From the NCBI GenBank assembly GCA_034433795.1, contig DAOUAE010000002.1, positions 26,371 to 90,370 of the forward strand: 64,000 nucleotides of DNA. Direction: 5' to 3'. This stretch comes from Chloroflexota bacterium (GTDB lineage Bacteria > Chloroflexota > UBA6077 > FW602-bin22 > DAOUAE01). Shown here piece after piece: positions 8,944 through 18,361 of the stretch. Both the position numbers and the translations under genes were made by a program. The number at the start of each line of letters is the position of its first letter. Positions within the stretch are counted from its first letter, which is position 1. The notes beneath the pieces were generated by a model. It saw only the letters and a list, made by a program, of their open reading frames with translations, had not been told where the DNA came from and did not search any database.

Positions 8944-9831
8944 TCAGCGGCTGTAGAGATAACTGCTCGGCCGCATGGCCATCTCCCGCAGGCGGGCGAC
9001 GCGCTCGGCGACCGGCGGGTGGGTGCTGAACAGCTTGAGCAGCGTCTCCCCGCTCAGGGGATTGACGATAAACAGGTGCGAGGCGGCCGGGTCCACCGCC
9101 ATCGGGTAGAAGCGGACCGCCGCTTCGATCCGCTCCAGCGCGCTGGCCAGCGCCAGCGGGTTGCCGGTGATCCGGGCGCCGGTGGCGTCGGCCTCGAACT
9201 CGCGGGCCCGCGAGATGGCCAGCTGGATAAGGGTGGCGACCAGCGGCGCAAACAGGATCATGAGCAGCGCGCCCACCGTCTCGGCCAGGCCGGCGCGGTC
9301 CTCGTCGTCGCGCCGCCCCATCCCGAACATGAGCGCCCACTGGAGCATATGCACCAGCATGGTGATGGCCCCGGCGATGGTCGCCACCACACTGGCGATG
9401 AGGGTGTCGCGGTTCTTGATATGGGCCAGCTCGTGGGCGATCACCCCGGCCAGCTCCTCCCGGTCGAGGAGACTGAGCAGACCGGTCGTCACCGCCACCG
9501 CCGCGTGCGCGGGGTCGCGCCCGGTGGCGAAGGCGTTGGGGGAGGGCGAGTCGATGAGGTAGACCCGCGGCTTGGGCAGCCGGGCGTACTGGGCCAGCTG
9601 CTCGACCAGCCGGTGCAGGTCCGGCGCCTCCTGATAACTGACCTCACGGGCCCCCGCCATCGCCAGGGCGATCCGGTCGGAGAACCAGTAGGCGACAAAG
9701 TTCATCAGAAAGGCGAAGGCCAGGGCGACAACCATCCCCTCCGGACCGCCGATCAGGCGACCGATCACCAGCAGGAGACCGGTCAGGGCCGCCAGGAGAA
9801 CAACGGTTTTGAGGGTGTTCCGCGACGTCAT
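8944..9831 (-). CDS. htpX: Zinc metalloprotease HtpX (M48)
   Basis: PNAFATG, HELAH (HExxH), SRAREFEADA and FSTHPP motifs. Confidence 0.95.
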   Translation of the reverse strand: MTSRNTLKTVVLLAALTGLLLVIGRLIGGPEGMVVALAFAFLMNFVAYWFSDRIALAMAGAREVSYQEAPDLHRLVEQLAQYARLPKPRVYLIDSPSPNAFATGRDPAHAAVAVTTGLLSLLDREELAGVIAHELAHIKNRDTLIASVVATIAGAITMLVHMLQWALMFGMGRRDDEDRAGLAETVGALLMILFAPLVATLIQLAISRAREFEADATGARITGNPLALASALERIEAAVRFYPMAVDPAASHLFIVNPLSGETLLKLFSTHPPVAERVARLREMAMRPSSYLYSR

Positions 9832-9973
9832 CGTGGCGCTCCTCCGTGAAGAGACTCCCCCGTCTTCTCAGACTCCCTTCCATGATACCATATCCGGAGC
9901 AGCCAAGGTAGAGGGAGGTCGCCGTCTCCCCGTGCGGTCGGCCCCTCGCCGCGACGACCCGCTTGACCGGCTG

Positions 9974-9982
9974 TGGTATAAT
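9974..9982 (+). promoter_or_regulatory. Extended -10 promoter of the fab cluster
   Basis: TGGTATAAT (TGn-TATAAT) about 70 nt upstream of fabF. Confidence 0.5.
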
Positions 9983-10053
9983 GCGCGGGGTCCGTAACCA
10001 GCGGCGGCTGGTGGTGTTTGTCCTGACGAGGAGACGCCGCCACGGAGGAGACT

Positions 10054-11289
10054 GTGCACCGCCGGGTCGTTGTCACCGGTCTGGGGGCGGTGACCCCGCT
10101 CGGGCTGGATGTGCCCACCACCTGGGCGGCCCTCTGTGCTGGCCGCTCGGGCATCGGTCGCATCACCCTGTTTGACCCCTCGCCCTTCGCCGTGCAGATC
10201 GCCGGCGAGGTCAAGGGCTTCGACCCCCTGCGGTACATCGACGCCAAAGAGGCCCGGCGCCTCGACCGCAACGTCCAGTTCGCGGTGGCCGCCGCTCAGG
10301 AGGCGGTCCGCGACGCCGGCCTGGAGATCGGCGAGGCACCCGAGGAGGTCGGCGTCATCATCGGCAGCGCCGTCGGCGGGATCAAGACGCTGCTCGACGC
10401 CCAGAAGACCCTGGAGGAGAAAGGGCCGGCCCGGGTCAGTCCCTTCTGCCTGCAGAACCTCATCCCCGACACCGCCTCGGGCCAGGTGGCCATCGTTCTG
10501 GGAGCCAAAGGCCCCAACATGGCCGTCGTCTCGGCCTGCGCCACCGGCGGCCACGCCATCGGCGAGGCGGCCGAGACCATCCGCCGGGGCGACGCCCGGG
10601 CGGTCATCGCCGGGGGCACGGAAGCGGCCCTGGTGCCGGTGGTGCTGGCCGGGTTCACGGTGATGCGGGCTCTGGCGATGGACAACGAGTGCCCGGAGCG
10701 GGCCTGCCGCCCCTTCGACCGCACCCGCCAGGGCTTTGTGATGGCCGAGGGCTGCGCCATCCTGGTCCTGGAGGACTACGAGTACGCCCGGGCCCGGGGC
10801 GCGCGGATCTACGCCGAGGTCATCGGCTACGGCTCCACCAACGACGCCTACCACCTGGCCGCTCCGGCCGAGAACGGCGAGGGCGCCGCCCGGGCCATGG
10901 CCATGGCGCTGCGCAAGGCCGGCCTGCGCCCGGAGGAGGTGGACTACATCAACGCCCACGGCACCGGCACGCCGCTCAACGACAAGTTCGAGACCGCCGC
11001 CATCAAAACGGTCTTCGGCGCGCACGCCTACCGGCTGGCGGTCAGTTCGACCAAGTCCATGACCGGGCATATGATGGGCGCGGCCGGCGCGGTCGAGGCG
11101 ATGGTCTGCGTCCTGGCTCTGCGCGACCAGATCATCCCGCCGACCATCAACTATCGCTACCCCGACCCCGACTGCGACCTCGACTACGTCCCCAACCAGG
11201 CCCGCCCGGCCCGGCTCCGGGTCGCCCTCTCCAACTCGCTCGGCCTGGGCGGCCACAACGCCTGTCTGATCTTCCGCCGGCTGGAGTAG
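10054..11289 (+). CDS. fabF: Beta-ketoacyl-ACP synthase II
   Basis: VVSACATG, INAHGTGT, STKSMTGHMMGAAG and NSLGLGGHNA motifs. Confidence 0.96.
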   Translation: MHRRVVVTGLGAVTPLGLDVPTTWAALCAGRSGIGRITLFDPSPFAVQIAGEVKGFDPLRYIDAKEARRLDRNVQFAVAAAQEAVRDAGLEIGEAPEEVGVIIGSAVGGIKTLLDAQKTLEEKGPARVSPFCLQNLIPDTASGQVAIVLGAKGPNMAVVSACATGGHAIGEAAETIRRGDARAVIAGGTEAALVPVVLAGFTVMRALAMDNECPERACRPFDRTRQGFVMAEGCAILVLEDYEYARARGARIYAEVIGYGSTNDAYHLAAPAENGEGAARAMAMALRKAGLRPEEVDYINAHGTGTPLNDKFETAAIKTVFGAHAYRLAVSSTKSMTGHMMGAAGAVEAMVCVLALRDQIIPPTINYRYPDPDCDLDYVPNQARPARLRVALSNSLGLGGHNACLIFRRLE

Positions 11290-11332
11290 CCATGCCGACG
11301 AGCGGCCACCGGGCCCCCAGAGGAGGCAAGGC

Positions 11333-12523
11333 GTGAAAAGGTACGCCGAGATCATCGGCTGGGGCAAATACGTGCCGCCCAAGGTCCTGCACAACCGCGA
11401 CCTGGAGCGGCTGGTCGAGACCACCGACGAGTGGATCCGGACCCGCACCGGCATCGTCGAACGGCGCATGGCCGGCCCCAAAGAGACCACCGCCACCATG
11501 GCGGTCCGCGCTGCCCAGGAGGCGCTGGCGGTGGCCGACTTCAACCCGGCCCGGCTGGAGTTCATCATCGTCGCCACCTGCACGCCAGACTACCCCCTCC
11601 CGGCCGTCGCCTGCCAGGTCCAGGACGCCCTGGGGGCCGGTCGGGCCGGCGCCGTGGATATCAACGCCGGCTGCTCCGGGTTCGTCTACGCCCTGGCGAT
11701 GGGCACGGCCCTCATCGCCGCCGGGATGTACCGCAACGTCCTGGTCATCGGGGCCGACACCCTGACCCGTATCCTGGATTTCACCGACCGCCGGACCTGT
11801 ATCCTCTTCGGCGACGGGGCCGGGGCGGTCCTGCTCCATGAAAGCGACCGGCCGACCGGGCTTCTGGCCTACACGCTGGGGGCCGACGGCTCGGGGGTCG
11901 ACCTTCTCTACATCCCGGCCGGGGGCTCCCGCCAGCCGGCCAGCCTGGAGACGGTCCAGAACCGGCTGCACTACCTGCGGATGAACGGTAACGAGGTCTA
12001 CCGGTTCGCGGTGAACACCGTCGTCCGGGCCACCCAGCAGGTGCTGAAGGAGGCCGGGCTGACGGTGGAGGACCTGGCGCTCTTCATCCCCCACCAGGCC
12101 AATATCCGCATCATCCAGTCGGCCGCCCGGACACTGGGCCTGCCGCCGGAGAAGGTCTACACCAACGTCGACCGCTACGGCAACACCTCCGCCGCCTCGA
12201 TCCCCATCGCCCTCTGCGAGGCGATCGCCGAGGGGCGGGTCAAGCCGGGCGATTACCTGGCGATGGTCGGCTTCGGGGCCGGTCTGACCTGGGCGGCGGC
12301 TGTCGTCCAGTGGGGGGCCCCGGCGGCCGTTCGTCACCCCTGGTGGAAGCAGGTGCTGCACAGCCTCTGGGGGCCGGAGGCGGGGCTGCGCTCCCTGGCC
12401 CGGCGGACCAGCCGCCGGCTGGCCGCCCTGGGCGGGCGGGAGAACGGCCTGGCGGGGCCCAACGGCCACCGCCGGACGCCGGCGCGGCCGCCGGCGGGCG
12501 GGGAGCCGAGACCGGAGCGGTGA
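11333..12523 (+). CDS. fabH: Beta-ketoacyl-ACP synthase III with C-terminal extension
   Basis: AGCSGF, LFGDGAGA, PHQAN, GNTSAASIP and GFGAGLTW motifs. Confidence 0.95.
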   Translation: MKRYAEIIGWGKYVPPKVLHNRDLERLVETTDEWIRTRTGIVERRMAGPKETTATMAVRAAQEALAVADFNPARLEFIIVATCTPDYPLPAVACQVQDALGAGRAGAVDINAGCSGFVYALAMGTALIAAGMYRNVLVIGADTLTRILDFTDRRTCILFGDGAGAVLLHESDRPTGLLAYTLGADGSGVDLLYIPAGGSRQPASLETVQNRLHYLRMNGNEVYRFAVNTVVRATQQVLKEAGLTVEDLALFIPHQANIRIIQSAARTLGLPPEKVYTNVDRYGNTSAASIPIALCEAIAEGRVKPGDYLAMVGFGAGLTWAAAVVQWGAPAAVRHPWWKQVLHSLWGPEAGLRSLARRTSRRLAALGGRENGLAGPNGHRRTPARPPAGGEPRPER

Positions 12524-12533
12524 GGAGGAGGCG

Positions 12534-13277
12534 GTGGAGTTAGCCGGACGGGTCGCCCTGGTGACGGGTGGGTCACGGGGCATCGGGCGGGCCATCGCCC
12601 AGAAACTGGCGGCGATGGGCGCCAGGGTCGCCATCAATTACCGGGCCAACGCCGCGGCCGCCCAGGCGGTGGCCCAGGAGATCAGCGCCGCCGGCGGGAG
12701 CGCGCTGCTCCTGCCGGGGGATGTCGGCCAGGCGGGCGTGGCCGACGATCTGGTCGGCCGTGTCCTCGCGGAGTGGGGCCGGCTCGATATCCTGGTCAAC
12801 AACGCCGGCGTCCTGCGCGATACCCTGCTCATCCGGATGTCCGATACCGACTGGGACACGGTTCTGACCACCAACCTCCGGGGGGCCTTTCTCTGCACGC
12901 GGGCGGCGCTGCGGCCGATGCTGCGCCAGCGCTGGGGCCGGATCGTCAACATCTCCTCGGTCGCCGGGCTCGTCGGCAACGCCGGCCAGGCCAATTACGC
13001 CGCCGCCAAGGCCGGGCTTGTCGGGCTGACCAAGGCCACCGCCCGCGAGGTGGCCAGCCGCAACATCACGGTGAACGCCGTGGCCCCGGGCTTCATCGAG
13101 ACCGATATGACCGCCGGGCTCCCGGAGAAGGTCAAGGAGAGCATTCTCGCCCAGATCCCGGTCGGCCGCTTCGGCCAGCCTGAGGAGGTGGCCGAGGTGG
13201 TGGCGTTTCTGGTCAGCGAACGGGCGGCCTACATCACCGGGCAGGTCATCCAGGTCGACGGCGGACTGGCGATGTGA
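12534..13277 (+). CDS. fabG: 3-oxoacyl-ACP reductase
   Basis: TGGSRGIG, NNAG, YAAAK and VNAVAPGFIETDMT motifs. Confidence 0.96.
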   Translation: MELAGRVALVTGGSRGIGRAIAQKLAAMGARVAINYRANAAAAQAVAQEISAAGGSALLLPGDVGQAGVADDLVGRVLAEWGRLDILVNNAGVLRDTLLIRMSDTDWDTVLTTNLRGAFLCTRAALRPMLRQRWGRIVNISSVAGLVGNAGQANYAAAKAGLVGLTKATAREVASRNITVNAVAPGFIETDMTAGLPEKVKESILAQIPVGRFGQPEEVAEVVAFLVSERAAYITGQVIQVDGGLAM

Positions 13278-13316
13278 AGCGGTCAGGAGAGGAGGCTTGA
13301 CCCGAGGAGGTCGAGA

Positions 13317-14306
13317 GTGGAGACAGGGTCATCGCACCTGGCGTTTGTTTTCCCCGGGCAGGGGTCACAGTACGTGGGCATGGGCAAGGACGTTTACGAC
13401 GCCTCGCCCGCCGCCCGTCAGGTTTTCCACCAGGCGGAGGAGATCCTGGGGATCAGGCTCCGCCAGCTGATCTTCGAAGGCCCGGAGGAGGCGCTGCGTC
13501 AGACCATCAACGCCCAGCCGGCCATCCTGACCGTGAGTGTGGCCATTCTGGCCGCCCTGCGCGAACGCTGGGGCCATCGGAGCTCCCTCCTCCAGCCCCA
13601 GGTGGTGGCCGGCCACAGCCTGGGCCAGTACGCCGCCCTGGTGGCCAGCAACGCCCTCGACTTCCGCGAGGCCGTTCTGCTGGTCCGCGAGCGGGGCCGG
13701 CTGATGCAGGAGAGCGGCCAGGAGCGTCCCGGCGGCATGGCGGCGGTCATCGGGCTGGACCACCGCATTCTGGAGGATATCTGCCGGCGGGTCCAGAACC
13801 TGGGGCTGGTCTGGCCGGCCAACTACAACGCCCCCTCGCAGATCGTGCTCTCCGGCGAACTCCCGGCGCTGGCGGCGGCCATCGAGCTGGCCATCGCCGA
13901 GGGCGCCCGCCGGGTGGTCCAGCTGGCGGTCAGCATCGCCGCCCACTCGCCGCTGATGCGCCGGGCCGCCGAGCAGTTCGCCGAGATCGTCCAGCGCTTC
14001 GGCATCCGCGACGCCCAGATTCCGGTCATCTCCAACATCACGGCCCAGATGATCCGCTCGGCCGAGGAGGTCCGCCGCGAACTCGTTCACCACATCTGCG
14101 AGTCGGTCCGCTGGACCCAGTCGGTCCGGGCCATGGTCGAGAGCGGCGTCACCACCGTGGTCGAGATCGGGCCGGGGGACGTGCTGGCCTCGCTGAGCCG
14201 GCGCATCCAGCGCAACCTGGTGGCCATCAGCCTGAACGACTGGGAGAAGATCAGCGCTTACCCGACCTTGCTTCCGGCCGGCCCGACGCCCCCGGACCCC
14301 GCCTGA
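13317..14306 (+). CDS. fabD: Malonyl-CoA:ACP transacylase
   Basis: FPGQGSQ, AQPAI, GHSLGQY and AHSPLM motifs. Confidence 0.96.
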   Translation: METGSSHLAFVFPGQGSQYVGMGKDVYDASPAARQVFHQAEEILGIRLRQLIFEGPEEALRQTINAQPAILTVSVAILAALRERWGHRSSLLQPQVVAGHSLGQYAALVASNALDFREAVLLVRERGRLMQESGQERPGGMAAVIGLDHRILEDICRRVQNLGLVWPANYNAPSQIVLSGELPALAAAIELAIAEGARRVVQLAVSIAAHSPLMRRAAEQFAEIVQRFGIRDAQIPVISNITAQMIRSAEEVRRELVHHICESVRWTQSVRAMVESGVTTVVEIGPGDVLASLSRRIQRNLVAISLNDWEKISAYPTLLPAGPTPPDPA

Positions 14307-14366
14307 CGGCCGCCGTCCGGGCCGGCCCGCCGGCGCCTCCCCGCCAGACGCGCCAGCCGACCTGTC

Positions 14367-14396
14367 TTGACACCGGCTCCCCCGCCACTCTATAAC
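14367..14396 (+). promoter_or_regulatory. Sigma70-type promoter upstream of lgt
   Basis: TTGACA-N18-TATAAC. Confidence 0.55.
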
Positions 14397-14429
14397 CGAG
14401 GTGACACCGTTATCGCCGGGAGAGCCGCG

Positions 14430-15224
14430 ATGTCGTTTCTGGTGATCGCCATCGATCCGGTGATCGTGCGCCTGGGCCCGCTGGCCGTCCGCTGGTACGG
14501 GCTGATGATCGCCCTGGCCATCGCCCTCGGCGTGAGTCTGGCCCTGCGGGAGGCCCGGCGCAAGGGCCTGGACGAGGAGAAGGCCTACTCCACCGCTCTG
14601 TGGGGCGTGGTCGGAGCGGTCGTCGGCGCCCGCCTCTTCCACGTGGTCGACCGCCTCGACTTCTATCTCCAGAACCCGACGCTCATCCTGGCCGTCCAGC
14701 AGGGAGGGCTGGCCATCTGGGGAGGGATCATCGGCGGCCTGGCCGGTGGCCTCCTCTACGCCCGTCTGAGCCGCCTGCCGCTCCTGCCGGCCCTGGACGC
14801 GGCCGCGCCGGGCCTGTTGCTCGGCCAGACGGTGGGACGGCTGGGCTGCATCATCAACGGCGACGCCGCCGGCGGCCCCAGCACTCTCCCCTGGTCGTTC
14901 GTCTACGTCCATCCGGACGCCCTGGCTCCGGAGCTGGGTCAGCCGACCCATCCCTACCCCGTTTATGAGATGCTCTGGAACGCGCTGGTCCTGGGGCTGC
15001 TCTGGCGGCTGCGTCTGCGCCCGCCGGCCGACGGCCTGGTCTTCCTGACCTACCTCAGCCTCTACGCGCTCGGTCGCTTCTTCCTGACCTTCGTCCGGCA
15101 GGAACAGGTGGTGCTGCTCGGGCTGCAACAGGCGCAGGTCATCAGCCTGGTGGTCTTTCTGGTGGCCACGCCGCTGCTCCTCTGGCGCTGGTGGCGGCTG
15201 GCCCGCACCGCCCCGGCGGCCTGA
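14430..15224 (+). CDS. lgt: Prolipoprotein diacylglyceryl transferase
   Basis: IDPVIVRLGPLAVRWYG, GARLFHV, GGLAIWGG, GRLGCIING and HPYPVYE motifs. Start moved to ATG 14430. Confidence 0.92.
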   Translation: MSFLVIAIDPVIVRLGPLAVRWYGLMIALAIALGVSLALREARRKGLDEEKAYSTALWGVVGAVVGARLFHVVDRLDFYLQNPTLILAVQQGGLAIWGGIIGGLAGGLLYARLSRLPLLPALDAAAPGLLLGQTVGRLGCIINGDAAGGPSTLPWSFVYVHPDALAPELGQPTHPYPVYEMLWNALVLGLLWRLRLRPPADGLVFLTYLSLYALGRFFLTFVRQEQVVLLGLQQAQVISLVVFLVATPLLLWRWWRLARTAPAA

Positions 15225-15244
15225 GCGCGCGACCGGGAGGGGCC

Positions 15245-16610
15245 ATGGCCCAGACCATCGATCTCTACACCGCTCGCCTGGACCGACTGCCGCTCTCGCG
15301 CTTTCACTGGAAACTCGTGCTCCTGGCGGGCCTGGGCTGGATGTTCGACGCCATGGACATCCTGCTGGTGGGCGCGGTGGTGGCGGCGATCCGGGCGACC
15401 TGGGGGCTGGACCCACAGACCGCCGGGTTCATCATCAGCGCTAACCTGGCCGGGATGTTTGTCGGAGCGGCCGTCGCCGGCTTTCTGGCCGACCGGTGGG
15501 GGCGCAAGGCTGTCTTCCAGGCGACGCTGCTGCTCTACACGCTCCTGACCGGCCTCTCGGCCCTGGCCGGGAACGCGGTCGCGCTGGCCGTCATCCGCTT
15601 CCTGGCCGGCATCGGGCTGGGAGGCGAACTGCCGGTGGCCAGCACTCTGGTCAGCGAGTTCGCCCCGGCCCGTCACCGGGGCTTTCTCCTGGTCATCCTG
15701 GAGAGTTTCTGGGCCTACGGTTCGGTCCTGGCCGCCCTCATCGGCTACCTGGTCATCCCGACCTGGGGCTGGCAGGCGGCCTTTCTCATCGGGGCGCTGC
15801 CGGCCTTCTATGTCTTCATCCTGCGCCGGGGCATCCCGGAGTCGCCGCGCTACCTGCTGAGCCGGGGGCGGGTGGCCGAGGCCGAGGCGGTGGTCCGGGC
15901 CATCGAGCAGGAGACGGGCGTCGCTCCGCCGGTCGCCCCGACACCAGCCGTGCACGCCGGGCCACGGCCAGCCCCGCGGGCGACCCTGGCGGCGCTCTTC
16001 GGCCCGGGGCTGGCCCGGCGGACGCTGATGCTCTGGATCCTCTGGTTCGCTATGGTCTTCTCGTACTACGGCATCTTTACCTGGCTCCCCAGCCTGCTGG
16101 TGGCCAAGGGCTTCGGCCTGAGCCAGGCCTTCCTGCTCAACCTGGTCATCTCGGTCCTTCCAGATCCCCGGCTACTTCAGCGCCGCCTACCTGGTCGAGC
16201 GCTGGGGGCGCAAGAGCACGCTCGTGACCTTCCTCCTGCTGAACGCGCTGGGGGCCTTCTTCTTCGCCCAGCAGAGCCTGAGCCCGACCCCCGACGTGGC
16301 CCAGATTCTCCTCTGGGGGGCGGTGATCGCCTTCTTCAACCTGGGCGCCTGGGGCGTGGTCTACACCTACACCCCCGAACTCTACCCGACCCGGCTGCGG
16401 GGCACCGGGGCCGGCCTGGCCGCCGCTGCGGGCCGGTTCGGCGGGATCCTCGGCCCCTCCACCGTCGGGCTGCTCCTGGCCCTCTTCGGGGGCAGCCAGT
16501 TCGCGGTCTTCCTGGTCTTCACCGCCCTTCTGCTGATCGGCGGGCTGGTGGTCTGGGCGCTGGGCGAGGAGACAAAGGGGCGCAGCCTGGAGGAGATCTC
16601 CGGCTTCTAG
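15245..16610 (+). pseudogene. MFS transporter (aromatic acid/niacin NiaP-YceI-like), frameshifted near 16160 (true pseudogene or sequence error)
   Basis: N-part has FDAMD, ADRWGRK, GLGGELPV and IPESPRYL. The reading continues in another frame as QIPGYFSAAYLVERWGRK...TPELYPTRLRGTG. Confidence 0.85.
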
Positions 16611-17794
16611 GGCACCCGGTCCAGGGCCTGCTCCAGGTCGGCGACGATGTCGTCCGGATCCTCGATGCCCACCGAGAGGCGGACCAGTCCGTCGGTGATC
16701 CCCATCGCCCGCCGCCGCTCCGCTGGCACCTGATGGTGGGTGGTCGAGGCCGGATGGGTGATGAGCGTCCGGACATCGCCCAGGCTGACCGCCAGGGTGC
16801 AGAGGCGCACGGCGTTGAGGAGCGCCCGCCCGGCCGCCAGACCGCCGGCCAGTTCGAAGCAGACCATGCCGCCAAAGCCCCGCATCTGCCGGCGGGCCAG
16901 CGCATGCTGGGGATGCGAGGGCAGACCGGGGTAGCGGACCCAGGCGACCTTGGGGTGCTGGCTGAGGTACGCGGCCACCCGCTGGGCGTTGGCGCAGTGC
17001 CGCTCCATCCGCAGGGCCAGGGTGGGAAGGCCCCGCAGGACCAGGTAAGCGGTCAGCGGGCTCAGGGCGCCGCCGAAGTCGGCCAGCGTCGCCTCCCGGC
17101 AGGCGGCGATGAACGCCCGCCGGCCGACGACGACCCCGGCCACGGCGTCGCCGTGGCCGCTGAGGTATTTGGTGGCGCTGTGGACCACGATGTCGGCCCC
17201 CAGGGCCAGGGGCTGCTGGAGATACGGGGTGGCGAAGGTGTTGTCCACCACCAGCGGCAGACCGTGCTGACGGGCGACCGTGGCCACGGCGGCGATGTCG
17301 GTGAGGGTGAGCGTGGGATTGCCCGGCGTCTCGACGTAGAGGAGACGGGTCTCGGGGGTGATGGCCCGGGCGAAGGCGGCCGGGTCGGTGGCGTCGACGA
17401 AGGTGGTGCGGATCCCGAAGGCCGGCAGCCGGCGGGCCAGGAGGTCGTAGGTGGCCGAGTAGAGGGCGCCGGTGCAGACCACGTGGCCGCCATCGCCCAG
17501 GAGGGTCAGCAGGACGGTGGCGATGGCGGCCATCCCCGAGGCGGTGGCCAGGGCCGCCTCGCCGCCCTCCAGATCGGCCACCTTGGCCTCGAGGACGGCC
17601 ACCGTCGGGTTGCCCAGCCGGGTGTAGATGTAGCCCGGCCGCTCGCCGGCGAAGAGGGCCGCCCCGGCCTCGGCCGAGGGGAAGGCGAACGTGGTGCTGA
17701 GGTGGACCGGCGGAACCACCGCCCCGGTCGTCGGGTCGGGGTGCTCGCCGGCGTGAACGGCGCGGGTGGTAAAGCCGGGTCGTTCGCCGGTCAT
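16607..17794 (-). CDS. PLP-dependent trans-sulfuration enzyme (methionine gamma-lyase / cystathionine gamma-lyase-synthase family)
   Basis: YTRLGNPT, ASGMAA, ETPGNP, DNTFATP, HSATKYLSGHGD and RLSVGIED motifs. Confidence 0.93.
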   Translation of the reverse strand: MTGERPGFTTRAVHAGEHPDPTTGAVVPPVHLSTTFAFPSAEAGAALFAGERPGYIYTRLGNPTVAVLEAKVADLEGGEAALATASGMAAIATVLLTLLGDGGHVVCTGALYSATYDLLARRLPAFGIRTTFVDATDPAAFARAITPETRLLYVETPGNPTLTLTDIAAVATVARQHGLPLVVDNTFATPYLQQPLALGADIVVHSATKYLSGHGDAVAGVVVGRRAFIAACREATLADFGGALSPLTAYLVLRGLPTLALRMERHCANAQRVAAYLSQHPKVAWVRYPGLPSHPQHALARRQMRGFGGMVCFELAGGLAAGRALLNAVRLCTLAVSLGDVRTLITHPASTTHHQVPAERRRAMGITDGLVRLSVGIEDPDDIVADLEQALDRVP

Positions 17795-17809
17795 CGGCGT
17801 GCCGCCTGA

Positions 17810-18349
17810 TTATTTGGCCGCGCCGGCCCGCCCCTCCATGGCGGCGATGATCTCCCGGCAGAAGGCCGGGAGATCCGCCGGCACGCGCGCGGTGATGATG
17901 TTCCCGTCGCGGACCACCTCGCGGTCGACGTAGGTGGCGCCGGCGTTGACGATATCATCCTTGATGGCGCTGACGGCGGTCACCGTCCGCCCACGCAGGA
18001 TGCCGGCCGAGATGAGCACCCAGCCGGCGTGGCAGATGGCCGCCACCACCTTGCCCTGATCGTGGAGATCGCGGACCAGCTTCAGGACCGCCGGGTAGCG
18101 CCGCAGGCGGTCCGGCGCCCAGCCGCCCGGCACGATCACCGCGTCGAAGTGGTCGGCCGAGACCTCATCGGCCTGGACATCGACCTTGACCGGGTAACCG
18201 TGTTTGCTGTGGTAGACCGAGGCGCTCCCGGAGCCGACGATGGTGACCTCGGCCCCCTCCTCGCGCAGGCGCAGCATGGGATAGAGAAGCTCGAGGTCCT
18301 CGTAGTCGTTCTCGGCCAAGATCGCCACGCGCTTTCCCACCAACCGCAT
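17810..18349 (-). CDS. PfpI/DJ-1 family protein (type 1 glutamine amidotransferase-like)
   Basis: YEDLE, VPGG, AAICHAG and TARVPADLPAF motifs. Confidence 0.93.
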   Translation of the reverse strand: MRLVGKRVAILAENDYEDLELLYPMLRLREEGAEVTIVGSGSASVYHSKHGYPVKVDVQADEVSADHFDAVIVPGGWAPDRLRRYPAVLKLVRDLHDQGKVVAAICHAGWVLISAGILRGRTVTAVSAIKDDIVNAGATYVDREVVRDGNIITARVPADLPAFCREIIAAMEGRAGAAK

Positions 18350-18361
18350 GGGGCTCCTCCT

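Noticed and set aside
16611-17809. Apparent 872-aa MFS fusion (ORF 15191-17809)
   Set aside because: After the frameshift near 16160 the ORF runs out of frame and antisense through the gamma-lyase gene. It is not a real fusion.
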